Shown: positions 26,772-35,461, numbered from the stretch's first letter. The stretch is 64,000 bases of DNA from Patescibacteria group bacterium (GCA_050953885.1 JBMNNJ010000001.1:271437-335436), one strand, 5' to 3'. Notes: generated by a model from the letters alone, not told the origin. Translations and numbers: made by a program.

Positions 26772-29549
26772 ATGAATTTACTTCAGACACTTTGTTCATA
26801 TTGGTATGAATGTATAAAAAATGAAGATGTCTTAGAAAAAGATATTCCTATTAACGTGCGCTCAAAAGCAATTTTATACCCTTTTGATGATGACCCTTTT
26901 GTATTCAAAAAGAAAGATGTCTCCGTTAAGATTGAAAATGAAAAATTAAATACCTTCGCAACTACAAAAACCGAAGGATTAGAGTTTTATTATGGGTATC
27001 CACTTCTTTATTATCGAGACGATAAGACTGATAGACAATTAGTCGCTCCTTTATTTATTATCAAGGTTAAATTTAATCGCGACGGTAGAGATTTGTTTCT
27101 GTCTAAAGACGAGCAATATCCGGTTTGCGGAATTCAAGCTCTAAGCAAATTAGGATTAAGAACAGAAGAAACAGCCAATATAAACCAATCCATAGAAAAA
27201 TTATTTGTTGGTAACCCTAAAATAGATGAACAGCAACTTTGCAATGAGGCGCTAAAAATTATCGAGAAAGAGGCAGGAATTTCAATTATCGAGGAAATAA
27301 ATCCACTAAAACTATCCAACTCAAAAAAACTTACGAGAGAAATGTCGGCGGGCTTGTATAACAAAAGTTTAATTTTTGCCGGAGAAACTACAGTTTTTAA
27401 TATTCACCTGATAAAAGATTTGTTAGAGCTTAAAAGCAGAACTGATCTGGAGAAAACATCTCTATCGTTCTTTTCTGCTCCTCGTTCTGCCGATGTTCAA
27501 AATGAAGTAATACCGATACTTCCTTTTCCCTCAAACGAATATCAAATAACGGCAATTCAAGATATTTTTAGGCATTCGTTAAGCGTAATAACTGGCCCCC
27601 CAGGAACGGGAAAAAGTCAATTTATATCAAACCTGATTGTCAATCTTTTTCTAGCCGGCAAAACGGTTTTGTTTGTCAGCCATACGGGAGAAGCCGTTGA
27701 TGTTGTGAACTCAAGGATAAGTGAACAATTTCGAAATCTGATGTTACGAACTGGGAAAAAAGAACTTCGTCAAGATTTGAAAGGTAGGTTTAATGAGATA
27801 ATCGCAGATTCTTCAAAAAGAAATAATAAAAATATCTCTGCAGATTATATTTATTCTCTTTGGAAAACAATTCTGGAATACAGAGACAGCTTACTGAAAA
27901 AAGATGAAGCCGAAAAAGATTTTCAACAGAAGTTTTTTTACCAAAAGGAATTAAAAAATGTTCTTCAAATTCAAGATTCTATTGTAAAAAAACTAAAAAT
28001 ATACTTTCAGCTTTTTATCCTTAATTTTAAATTACAAAGAATAAAATCAAGATTGTTAAAATTACCCAGCCGTGTAAATTTTGAATCTAAAATAAGAGAA
28101 TTAGAAAAAGAATATTATCTTTCCTGTCAAGATTTTGTTCGAAATGTTTACTTAGAAAAAATGCTTGGTAATGGCAGCAAGATTAGTCTGGTTAATGCTT
28201 TTCTTAATCAGGTCAATAGTCATCGATTCAACGATGAAGATATAAGTGAGTCATCATTTATTAACGCTTTGCAGGTTCTTAAAATTTGGTCATCTACCCT
28301 AAAATCACTTAGGGGTACTTTTCCACTTAAAGCTAATATTTTCGACTACGTTATTTTTGACGAGGCTTCTCAAATTGATTTGCCGTCTACGGCCCCTGCC
28401 TTATATAGGGCCAAAAAAGCGATTATTGTGGGCGACCCAATGCAATTAACCCATATTGCGGGCATTACAAAGGATGTCGATTATGGATTAGCAAAAATAC
28501 ACGGCCTAACGGAAATGGGAGATATTTATCCTTCAAAAACAAGATATTGCGATGTTTCTTTATATAAAGCGGCTGAAAATTATTTGCCCCATTCATCAAT
28601 ATTTTTAACCAATCACTACCGCCCCGAAGACCAAATTATTTCCCTTTGTAACCAAGTGTTTTATGGAAATCGCTTAAAAATATTAAGCACGCTGGACTAT
28701 GGTAAGTTTCCTTCCGGATTACCCTTAGGCGTACAGTGGGAAGATATAAGAGGGGAAGTATATAAGCACCCTTCGGGAAGTCGCATCAATCAACGGGAAG
28801 TAGATGAGGTTAACAGAATTTTTCAAAAAGTGATAAAGGAAATTTCCGGGACTGATTTGACTGTTGGCGTGGTTACGCCTTACTCAAAGCAAAGGCAAGC
28901 AATATATGAAAAAATATCATCTATAACACCGGTAGAGGTTTTGGAAAAACACGATGTGAAAATACTGACAGCTCATCAATTTCAAGGTTCTGAAAAAGAT
29001 ATTGTCATTTTTTCGTTAGTGTTGACCTCTAAGGGAAATGGAAACAGCGACACATGGTATAACATTTACCGGCAAATATTAAATGTCGCCCTTTCTCGGG
29101 CAAGGTATCTTTTATACATCATTGGTGATAAGGATTTTTGTGAAAACAGGAAGGGTATTTTAGGCAAGATAAAAAGTGTTTATGAAAAAATCAAAGACGA
29201 AGAGAAATTAGAAGAGTATGACCTCCACGCAAAATTTGATACCCCAACCGAGAAGATATTTTTTGAACAATTACAGAAAGTCAAGTTAGATAAGTTTGGT
29301 TATAAATTGATACCAAAGTTAGTGGTAAAAAGATACACGCTAGATTTTGCAATCGTTGGTAAGAAAAAAATTAATGTTGAGATAGACGGCATACAACACG
29401 AAATAATCAAAGGTATGCCAGTTTTAGAAGATGTTGAACGAGATGAATTTCTGAAAAATGAAAATTGGGAAATTTTACGATTTCCTAATTACATGGTATT
29501 ATCTGAAATGCCAAAAGTCATTGATGAATTGTTGACTAAATTAAAATAG
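26772..29549 (+). CDS. SF1 (Upf1/DNA2-like) helicase fused to C-terminal DUF559 (Vsr-fold PD-(D/E)xK-like) endonuclease domain; N-terminal about 250 aa of unknown function
   Basis: Walker A ITGPPGTGKSQF. Motif II VIFDEASQ. VGDPMQL (AAA_12-type). NHYRP. QFQGSEKDIVIF. LNVALSRARYLLYIIG. The C-terminal 110 aa, YTLDFAIVGKKKINVEIDGIQHE...DVERDEFLKNENWEILRF, match the DUF559 consensus. Confidence 0.85.
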   Translation: MNLLQTLCSYWYECIKNEDVLEKDIPINVRSKAILYPFDDDPFVFKKKDVSVKIENEKLNTFATTKTEGLEFYYGYPLLYYRDDKTDRQLVAPLFIIKVKFNRDGRDLFLSKDEQYPVCGIQALSKLGLRTEETANINQSIEKLFVGNPKIDEQQLCNEALKIIEKEAGISIIEEINPLKLSNSKKLTREMSAGLYNKSLIFAGETTVFNIHLIKDLLELKSRTDLEKTSLSFFSAPRSADVQNEVIPILPFPSNEYQITAIQDIFRHSLSVITGPPGTGKSQFISNLIVNLFLAGKTVLFVSHTGEAVDVVNSRISEQFRNLMLRTGKKELRQDLKGRFNEIIADSSKRNNKNISADYIYSLWKTILEYRDSLLKKDEAEKDFQQKFFYQKELKNVLQIQDSIVKKLKIYFQLFILNFKLQRIKSRLLKLPSRVNFESKIRELEKEYYLSCQDFVRNVYLEKMLGNGSKISLVNAFLNQVNSHRFNDEDISESSFINALQVLKIWSSTLKSLRGTFPLKANIFDYVIFDEASQIDLPSTAPALYRAKKAIIVGDPMQLTHIAGITKDVDYGLAKIHGLTEMGDIYPSKTRYCDVSLYKAAENYLPHSSIFLTNHYRPEDQIISLCNQVFYGNRLKILSTLDYGKFPSGLPLGVQWEDIRGEVYKHPSGSRINQREVDEVNRIFQKVIKEISGTDLTVGVVTPYSKQRQAIYEKISSITPVEVLEKHDVKILTAHQFQGSEKDIVIFSLVLTSKGNGNSDTWYNIYRQILNVALSRARYLLYIIGDKDFCENRKGILGKIKSVYEKIKDEEKLEEYDLHAKFDTPTEKIFFEQLQKVKLDKFGYKLIPKLVVKRYTLDFAIVGKKKINVEIDGIQHEIIKGMPVLEDVERDEFLKNENWEILRFPNYMVLSEMPKVIDELLTKLK

Positions 29550-29628
29550 GTGGCGTAGCAATCAATCGGGATTTTGTTTAAAAAAGGTTCGCACTTCGTT
29601 CAGTAATTGTGGCTGATTCAGATTTTGT

Positions 29629-29763
29629 GAAGAAATACACCTTCTAGGTGTCCCGGGTTCACACCTGGCATATTTTTACTCTTTGGGCAATAAAACACGA
29701 CTAAAACATACTCCAGGTGTCAAGTTAAGACACTTGCCAGGTGTACAATACCAGGTGTACAAC
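29629..29763 (+). repeat. About-130-bp direct repeat, copy B (internal to islet)
   Basis: See copy A. A TGTATAAT -10-like element follows at about 29781-29788. Confidence 0.85.
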
Positions 29764-29860
29764 ACAATATAATTCAGGTGTATAATATTGTTGTACCCAA
29801 AACTTTGAGTAATTCGAATATATCGAATTATTAAACTGCATTATAAAAGGAGGTGAAAAA

Positions 29861-30196
29861 ATGTTTAAAAATCTTTTAGATTATTCATATAAAAGAAGTT
29901 TTAAAGAAGCAATTGGTTTTTATATTTCTTACCTCGTTTTGACTTTAATATTGGCAGTATTATTAACGAGTGTTTTAGGGCCAACTAGCGGTCAAGAAAA
30001 TTTTGATTTTGGTTATAGAGTTTGGAATCTTGTTGCTATTATAGTAACAGTTACCCTTTCTTTCCTTATTTTAAAAAAGAAAGAATTTTTAGGAAATTTT
30101 TTCTATTTTATATTGGCTCTTTTATCAGGAGTCTTATCATATTTTGGTGGCGGCTTGTTGGGCTTGATCCCCGTAGCTTTTCTTTCTACAAGATAA
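29861..30196 (+). CDS. Small integral membrane protein (3 predicted TM helices), hypothetical
   Basis: A canonical strong Shine-Dalgarno AAAGGAGGTG sits 7 nt before the ATG, which is rare in this window. The 111-aa protein is hydrophobic. Confidence 0.5.
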   Translation: MFKNLLDYSYKRSFKEAIGFYISYLVLTLILAVLLTSVLGPTSGQENFDFGYRVWNLVAIIVTVTLSFLILKKKEFLGNFFYFILALLSGVLSYFGGGLLGLIPVAFLSTR

Positions 30197-30233
30197 GCAA
30201 AACTTAAACAGCCTTGGGGAGAAAAATAAAAAA

Positions 30234-30671
30234 TTAATAAGATAAGGACTTGCCGTTGCGGGTGAGAAATTCAAAAAGCATTTTTGGGGTGAAAATTTTC
30301 TTAGGCTTGATAAAAGCGGCCACTTTTTGAGTCAAAAAATGTTTTTTGTCTAAAGTAATTAAAAACTCGCATGGAGCCATCTTTGCCTCAGTAAGAATGA
30401 CAGCATCCTTTTTAACAATTACTTTCCTAGCTTTCTGAATCAGTTTTTGATCTAGCTTTTGGTCGATAATTTCAAGTTTACTCACCAAAAGAAAAAATCT
30501 TTTTAAGTGATAGTTCTCTAATTTTTTACGGATATTCCTTTCGACTTCTGTTAAAACTAATTTTGAAGCAACCAACTTAATTTGTCTCAAGGTAAAAAGT
30601 TTTGATGAGCCACCCGTAGGAGAATTAACGGCCATAAACAAAACGCTTGAATCTAAAAATGCCCTTTTCAT
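30234..30671 (-). CDS. PIN-domain ribonuclease (VapC-like toxin)
   Basis: N-terminal AFLDSSVL (the first PIN acidic residue). Later ILTEAKMAPCEFLITLDKKHF carries the conserved D. The 145-aa protein lies 2 nt downstream of the antitoxin-like ORF. Confidence 0.7.
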   Translation of the reverse strand: MKRAFLDSSVLFMAVNSPTGGSSKLFTLRQIKLVASKLVLTEVERNIRKKLENYHLKRFFLLVSKLEIIDQKLDQKLIQKARKVIVKKDAVILTEAKMAPCEFLITLDKKHFLTQKVAAFIKPKKIFTPKMLFEFLTRNGKSLSY

Positions 30672-30673
30672 CC

Positions 30674-30874
30674 TTAAAGTTTATCTTCTTTTTCCCGCTC
30701 ATTAATTTCCTTCTCAGTAAATTCTCGAGTGAAAGGCAAAAGTTGAGGATCAATAAAAGCCTTTTGATAAATCCTGGCGACTTCCTTTTCGAGTTTAGCC
30801 AAATACTCAACATCCACCAAAACAGCTTCAGGTTTGCCGTTGCGAGTAAAGAAATTGACGGTTGAGAAATACAC
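30674..30874 (-). CDS. Phd/YefM-like antitoxin, apparently N-terminally truncated (GTG start at edge of repeat C)
   Basis: TRNGKPEAVLVDVEYLAKLEKE matches the RGKPVAVLVS.EEYE core of Phd/YefM. Only about 10 residues precede it instead of about 30. The upstream frame runs into repeat C and stops. Confidence 0.5.
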   Translation of the reverse strand: MYFSTVNFFTRNGKPEAVLVDVEYLAKLEKEVARIYQKAFIDPQLLPFTREFTEKEINEREKEDKL

Positions 30875-30982
30875 CTTCCAGGTGTCCCAGGTTCACACCT
30901 GGCATATTTTTCCTCTTTGGTGATAAAACACGACTAAAATATACTCCAGGTGTCAAGCTAAGATACTTTCCAGGTGTACAAA
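30864..30982 (+). repeat. About-130-bp direct repeat, copy C (right boundary of islet)
   Basis: See copy A. Confidence 0.85.
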
Positions 30983-31016
30983 TCCACTGAGAATAAAAAA
31001 ATTAATTGCGATCTTA

Positions 31017-31769
31017 CTAAATCTCTATCCCTATCGGACAATGATCCGAACCTTTAATTTGGTTTAAAATAAAGGCGTTTTTCAACTTGATCGCCAACTT
31101 TTGGGTAACAAAAACATAATCAATCCGCCAGCCCAAATTACGCGCCCGGGCGTTGGCATAATAGGGCCACCAAGTATAAGCATCCTTTTTTTTCGGATAA
31201 AATTTTCTAAAACTATCAATAAAACCGTTGCCGACTAGCTGGTTAATTCTGGCCCGCTCTTCGGGGGTAAACATAATGTTATTTTTATTTTCTTTTGGCC
31301 GGGCTAAATCAATTTCCTCATGGGCAATATTAAAATCACCCGTCAGGATAACTTTCTTTTCTTTAAGCTTTTGAAGATAATTTAAAAGATAGTCATAGAC
31401 CGCCAATTTATAGGCTAATTTTTCTTTTTGGCGGCCGCCATGAGGAAGATAAAGGTTAATCAGGCTAAACTGGGGATAGTCCAGTTTTAAAAATCTCCCC
31501 TCGTCGTCAAATTCTTTAAACCCTACCTTTTCCTCCCATGATAAAGGCTTTTGCCGGGAATAAACGGCCGTGCCGGCATATCCTTTTTTCTTCGCCGAGT
31601 TAAAATAAGAATAATAGCCTTTGAGGGAAACCAGCTCGGGGTCCAGTTGCTCTTTTGAGGCTTTTATTTCCTGAAGGCAGAGAATATCGACCCCCATTTG
31701 GTCAATTTTTAGGGCGCCTTTTTGGTAAACCGAGCGCAAGCCGTTAACATTCCAGGAAATGATTTTCAT
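31017..31769 (-). CDS. xth: Exodeoxyribonuclease III (AP endonuclease, EEP family)
   Basis: MKIISWNVNGLRS, the LQEIK motif, and the C-terminal SDHCPI motif. Confidence 0.9.
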   Translation of the reverse strand: MKIISWNVNGLRSVYQKGALKIDQMGVDILCLQEIKASKEQLDPELVSLKGYYSYFNSAKKKGYAGTAVYSRQKPLSWEEKVGFKEFDDEGRFLKLDYPQFSLINLYLPHGGRQKEKLAYKLAVYDYLLNYLQKLKEKKVILTGDFNIAHEEIDLARPKENKNNIMFTPEERARINQLVGNGFIDSFRKFYPKKKDAYTWWPYYANARARNLGWRIDYVFVTQKLAIKLKNAFILNQIKGSDHCPIGIEI

Positions 31770-32035
31770 TATTCTTTATCTTACCATTATTTCCAAAACA
31801 GCCAAAACAAGCAAGGCTTGCTCGCCATCTCGTTTCTTAAAATCAAAATTTTACCTATAAATTAATTAGGGAAAAAGCCGCAAAATCTCTTTATTTTTCT
31901 CCCGAAACGCTCTAAAGCATTCCAAGATTATTTAAAAATACGGAAATTATCGCCAATTAAATACTACATAGTATTTTAAATAAAAAATTCCTAAGATTAT
32001 GGGCATGATTATTCTTAAAATTAACTAATTTAAAA

Positions 32036-32377
32036 ATGACTTTTAAAAATAAAGTTTACAAACTCGTTAAGAAAATTCCCCGCGGCAAAGTGGCCACTTA
32101 TGGCCAAATCGCCAAGCTGGCCGGCAAACCGGGGGCGGCTCGGGCGGTGGGGGTTTTGTTGAAAAATAACCCCTACATTGGCGTTCCCTGCCATCGGGTG
32201 GTTGGCGCCAAGAGAGAATTAGTTGGCTATTCAAGAGGAGAGGGAATTAAGAGCAAAAAACAAATTCTTAAAAACGAGGGGGTCTTTTTTAAAGGGGGTA
32301 GGGTAGACTTAGAAAAATCGGGCTGGAAACCAAAAAAAATGGAGGAGCGAACTTTCCGCCCGAGGAAAAACAGGTAG
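32036..32377 (+). CDS. MGMT-family protein (Ogt C-terminal DNA-binding/alkyl-acceptor domain only, active-site PCHRV retained)
   Basis: ATYGQIAKLAGKPGAARAVG...PCHRVV is the O6-alkylguanine alkyltransferase HTH and active-site cysteine. Confidence 0.75.
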   Translation: MTFKNKVYKLVKKIPRGKVATYGQIAKLAGKPGAARAVGVLLKNNPYIGVPCHRVVGAKRELVGYSRGEGIKSKKQILKNEGVFFKGGRVDLEKSGWKPKKMEERTFRPRKNR

Positions 32378-32458
32378 TTCGCGCCAAAAAGGAAAGCAGA
32401 GAGTAAAACCGGAAAGTTCAAACACTCACGCTGAAAATATGTTAAAATTGAGGTTGTT

Positions 32459-32535
32459 CGGGGATTAGCGCAGTTGGCTAGCGCGCGTGCTTTGGGAGCA
32501 TGAGGTCGCCGGTTCGAGTCCGGCATCCCCGACCA
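32459..32535 (+). tRNA. tRNA-Pro(TGG)
   Basis: Acceptor CGGGGAT/ATCCCCG. Anticodon loop TTTGGGA. CCA is encoded. Confidence 0.8.
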
Positions 32536-32538
32536 AAA

Positions 32539-32609
32539 GCGGGATTAGTTGATCGGCTCAACGTCAGCTTTCCAAGCTGAAGAGACGGGTTCGACCCCCG
32601 TATCCCGCT
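32539..32609 (+). tRNA. tRNA-Trp(CCA)
   Basis: Acceptor GCGGGAT/ATCCCGC. Anticodon loop TTCCAAG. The D-arm is atypical. The 3' end overlaps the stop codon of the downstream minus-strand gene by 1 nt. Confidence 0.65.
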
Positions 32610-33937
32610 CATTTTTCTTCTAAAACCTGCGCGACCGCTTCAATCAGGGGAGGGTAGGGGAGATAACGATAAAGTTGGTCTTGCCAGTCGGCTTGGCTAA
32701 TGTCCACCACCGGTTCCACTCCATTGCTTTCAATCGGCTGGCCATCATCGCGAAGCGTAAGGCTGTGAACCAAAAATACCGAATATTTTTCTTTTTCGTC
32801 AATCTGTGTTTCTAAAGGAAAAACCTTCTCAATTGTTCCCCAACCGCGCGTTTTTTCTCCTACCAAAATCCCCACATTATATTTTTTTAAAGCCGCCGCC
32901 ATAATTTCCGCCGATGACTGGGTTTGGCCATCAACCAAAATAACCACTTTCTTATAGCGCACTAAAGACGGCAGCCAGCCTACCCGTGTTTGATAATCAA
33001 TCGTTTGCCCCTGATGAAGAAATTGATAAGCATAATTATTCTGCCCGATAAAAGGCCCCAAGAGGTAAGGAAGAACATCCACCGACCCGCCGATATTCCC
33101 CCGTAAATCCAAAATCAGGCTATCAAGCACCTCTCCCTGATCCACTTTTTTGGTAACCCGTTCCAGCTCGGCAAAAGTGGTGGGAGAAATTTTTTCAATC
33201 TGGATATAAAAAACTTCCGGCGTTAAAAGCCGATAGGAAAGAGTCGGCTCCACCCCATAAGTGTCATAAAGCTGACGGCTTTCCTCGTCCCTCAAAACCT
33301 CAAAAGCGTTTTGAATTTGAGCTAATTTTTGGGCGGCTTCCGCTGACGCCTCCACTTGAGGAGAAAGTTGGGCCACTTTCTCCTGATAGACTTTTTTTAT
33401 CTCCTCGGAAGAGGCGTCTTTTTCTACCTCTAAAACCGCATACTGATCCACACTTGGATCGCGATTTTCCACCTTGTCTCTTAATTCCGTTTCTTCTTTT
33501 TGGCTATAAAGACGGCTACGGCCAAAGGGCTCCAAATTGGCCAAAACAATATCTGCCGTTTGTGTTGCCAATTGCTTTTTCTTTTCCTCATCGTCAATCT
33601 GCTCAATAATTTTGCCCATCATTTCCAAAAGCGCCTCTTTATTTTTCTCTTTTAAAGCTTGGGGCTGACCGGTTAATTTTTCCGTGGCCAAAATAAAAAG
33701 AGAGGTAAGCTCTTCGTCGCTTAAGGCCTTCCAGTAATTTTCCTTAATTTTTCCGTAAATTTCGTCAATAAAGGAAACATAAACATTTTGCGTTGCCGAA
33801 TTAACGGCCGGGGAAGGGGATAACCGACCATAATTTTTGAAAATTAAAAAAGCCCCGCAAGAAGCTCCCAGCAAAAAAATTAAGGAAAAAAGGAGTGCTC
33901 GCCAAATTTTCTGGTTTTTCTCCGTCTTGATTTTCAT
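32609..33937 (-). CDS. S41 family C-terminal processing peptidase, membrane anchored, with internal J-like (DnaJ N-terminal-like) domain
   Basis: The C-terminal half has S41 motifs (LILDLRGNIGG, catalytic Ser/Lys region). Residues about 153-217, DQYAVLEVEKDASSEEIKKVYQEKVAQLSPQ...AFEVLRDEESRQLYDTYG, align to the J domain but lack HPD. Confidence 0.75.
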   Translation of the reverse strand: MKIKTEKNQKIWRALLFSLIFLLGASCGAFLIFKNYGRLSPSPAVNSATQNVYVSFIDEIYGKIKENYWKALSDEELTSLFILATEKLTGQPQALKEKNKEALLEMMGKIIEQIDDEEKKKQLATQTADIVLANLEPFGRSRLYSQKEETELRDKVENRDPSVDQYAVLEVEKDASSEEIKKVYQEKVAQLSPQVEASAEAAQKLAQIQNAFEVLRDEESRQLYDTYGVEPTLSYRLLTPEVFYIQIEKISPTTFAELERVTKKVDQGEVLDSLILDLRGNIGGSVDVLPYLLGPFIGQNNYAYQFLHQGQTIDYQTRVGWLPSLVRYKKVVILVDGQTQSSAEIMAAALKKYNVGILVGEKTRGWGTIEKVFPLETQIDEKEKYSVFLVHSLTLRDDGQPIESNGVEPVVDISQADWQDQLYRYLPYPPLIEAVAQVLEEK

Positions 33938-34000
33938 TTCGGCTTTTGTATAATCAAGTATACGGTTTTAAAAAGCAATCTTCAAGGGCTAAAATAAAAA

Positions 34001-35047
34001 ATGACTAAAAGCAAAGTTTACCAAATTCGGTGGCAGGATTACCAAAAAAATCCTCAAATTCTCACCACTATTTTAAACTCCTACCAAAATTATTGGCAGG
34101 AAGAAATTGCCATAAAAACTCATTTTGGCGAACCGGGCAATAAGAACGCCCTGCGGGGAGAATTAATCAAACCGATAGCCAATTGGTTTGTAAAAAATAA
34201 CCTTCAAGCCTTTTTAACCGATGCCAACACTCTTTATCTTGGCAAACGAGCCAATGCCCAAGACCATCTTAAAACCGCAAAAGATCATGGCTTTGCCGAT
34301 CTTGGTTTGCCTATTATCATTGCCGATGGTGAGCGGGGGGAAAAAGAAAAAGAAATTAAATTGAAAGATCTTAAAAACCAATATCAAAACTTGCCCATAA
34401 AAATCGGCGCCAAAATTGCCGAAGCTAAAAGCATTTTTTGCTTAAGCCACTTTAAAGGCCACCCTCTTTTTGGTTTTGGCGGCGCTTTAAAAAATTTAGG
34501 TATGGGTTCGGCCAGCCCAAACGGAAAAAGAATTCTCCATGCCAGCGTTCGCGGCGAAGTTGACAGGGCAAAATGCCTCCTTTGCGGCACCTGTATCAGA
34601 TTTTGCCCTGCCCAGGCAATTAAAATTGAAAATAACCAGATTGTTTTTGACGATCAAAAATGCATTGGCTGCGGTGAATGTATTACTGTTTGCCCCCAAA
34701 AAGCGATTGGAGCCGGCGGGGGAGAAAGCAGAATTTGCCAAGAAAAAACCGCTGTTTACGCCTTAGGGGTGGTAAAAAATAAGCCGCTCCTTTGTTTAAG
34801 CCTTCTTATTAATATTAATCCTCTTTGTGATTGCGCCGGACAAACGGCCAAAAAACTAATTAACGATTTAGGAATTCTGATTTCTCAAGACCCGGTGGCC
34901 ATTGATCAGGCCAGCCTTGACTGGGCCAATCAAGCGGCCGGTAAAGACCTTTTTGCCGAAGTTCATGGCATTGACTATACCCCCATTCTTAAAATGGGTG
35001 AAGAAATCGGCTTAGGAAGACGCGATTATGAAATAAAAAAAGTTTGA
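34001..35047 (+). CDS. DUF362 domain protein with tandem 4Fe-4S ferredoxin motifs
   Basis: Two CxxCxxCxxxCP motifs are present (CLLCGTCIRFCP, CIGCGECITVCP) within a DUF362-like fold. Confidence 0.7.
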   Translation: MTKSKVYQIRWQDYQKNPQILTTILNSYQNYWQEEIAIKTHFGEPGNKNALRGELIKPIANWFVKNNLQAFLTDANTLYLGKRANAQDHLKTAKDHGFADLGLPIIIADGERGEKEKEIKLKDLKNQYQNLPIKIGAKIAEAKSIFCLSHFKGHPLFGFGGALKNLGMGSASPNGKRILHASVRGEVDRAKCLLCGTCIRFCPAQAIKIENNQIVFDDQKCIGCGECITVCPQKAIGAGGGESRICQEKTAVYALGVVKNKPLLCLSLLININPLCDCAGQTAKKLINDLGILISQDPVAIDQASLDWANQAAGKDLFAEVHGIDYTPILKMGEEIGLGRRDYEIKKV

Positions 35048-35141
35048 TCTTCTTATTTGTATTTATCCCCTTTGTTTGGTAAAATTAGGCTGGCGTTGGG
35101 GCTAAGTGGCGGTTTTTTTTGCTCTTTGAAATTTATTTTTG

Positions 35142-35215
35142 GTCCCCGTAGCTTAGTTGGACAGAGCAACTCCCTTCTAAGGAGTAGGTTGTGAGTTCGA
35201 ATCTCACCGGGGACA
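35142..35215 (+). tRNA. tRNA-Arg(TCT)
   Basis: Acceptor GTCCCCG/CGGGGAC. Anticodon loop CTTCTAA. Confidence 0.8.
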
Positions 35216-35461
35216 CAAATTAGTCATTTGGCTAAATCGTATTTAGTATTAAGTATTAAGTCTGACTAGGATATAATTCGTCATGATGAATTCAATTCAG
35301 CATCTTTATGTAATGTTTTAGATTCTGACTTTCGTCAGAATGACGTTTCCGACAAATTAACGGTTTAACAATATAGTGTATTGTATTTTTACCCCTATCA
35401 TATATAATACAAGAGACAAAATACTAATTTTCATTTTTAACTTTTAAATTTTAACTGTTTT

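Noticed and set aside
26497-30982. Integron cassette array (attC) or prophage/ICE interpretation of the repeat-bounded islet
   Set aside because: No integrase, recombinase or transposase ORF lies within or beside it. The 130-bp repeats lack the R''-L''/L'-R' attC architecture. No tRNA 3'-end duplication serves as attL/attR. The mechanism is left open.
35141-35215. tRNA-His call suggested by the extra 5' G before GTCCCCG
   Set aside because: The anticodon loop is CTTCTAA (TCT), which reads Arg. The real tRNA-His(GTG) with G-1 is at 36284-36357.
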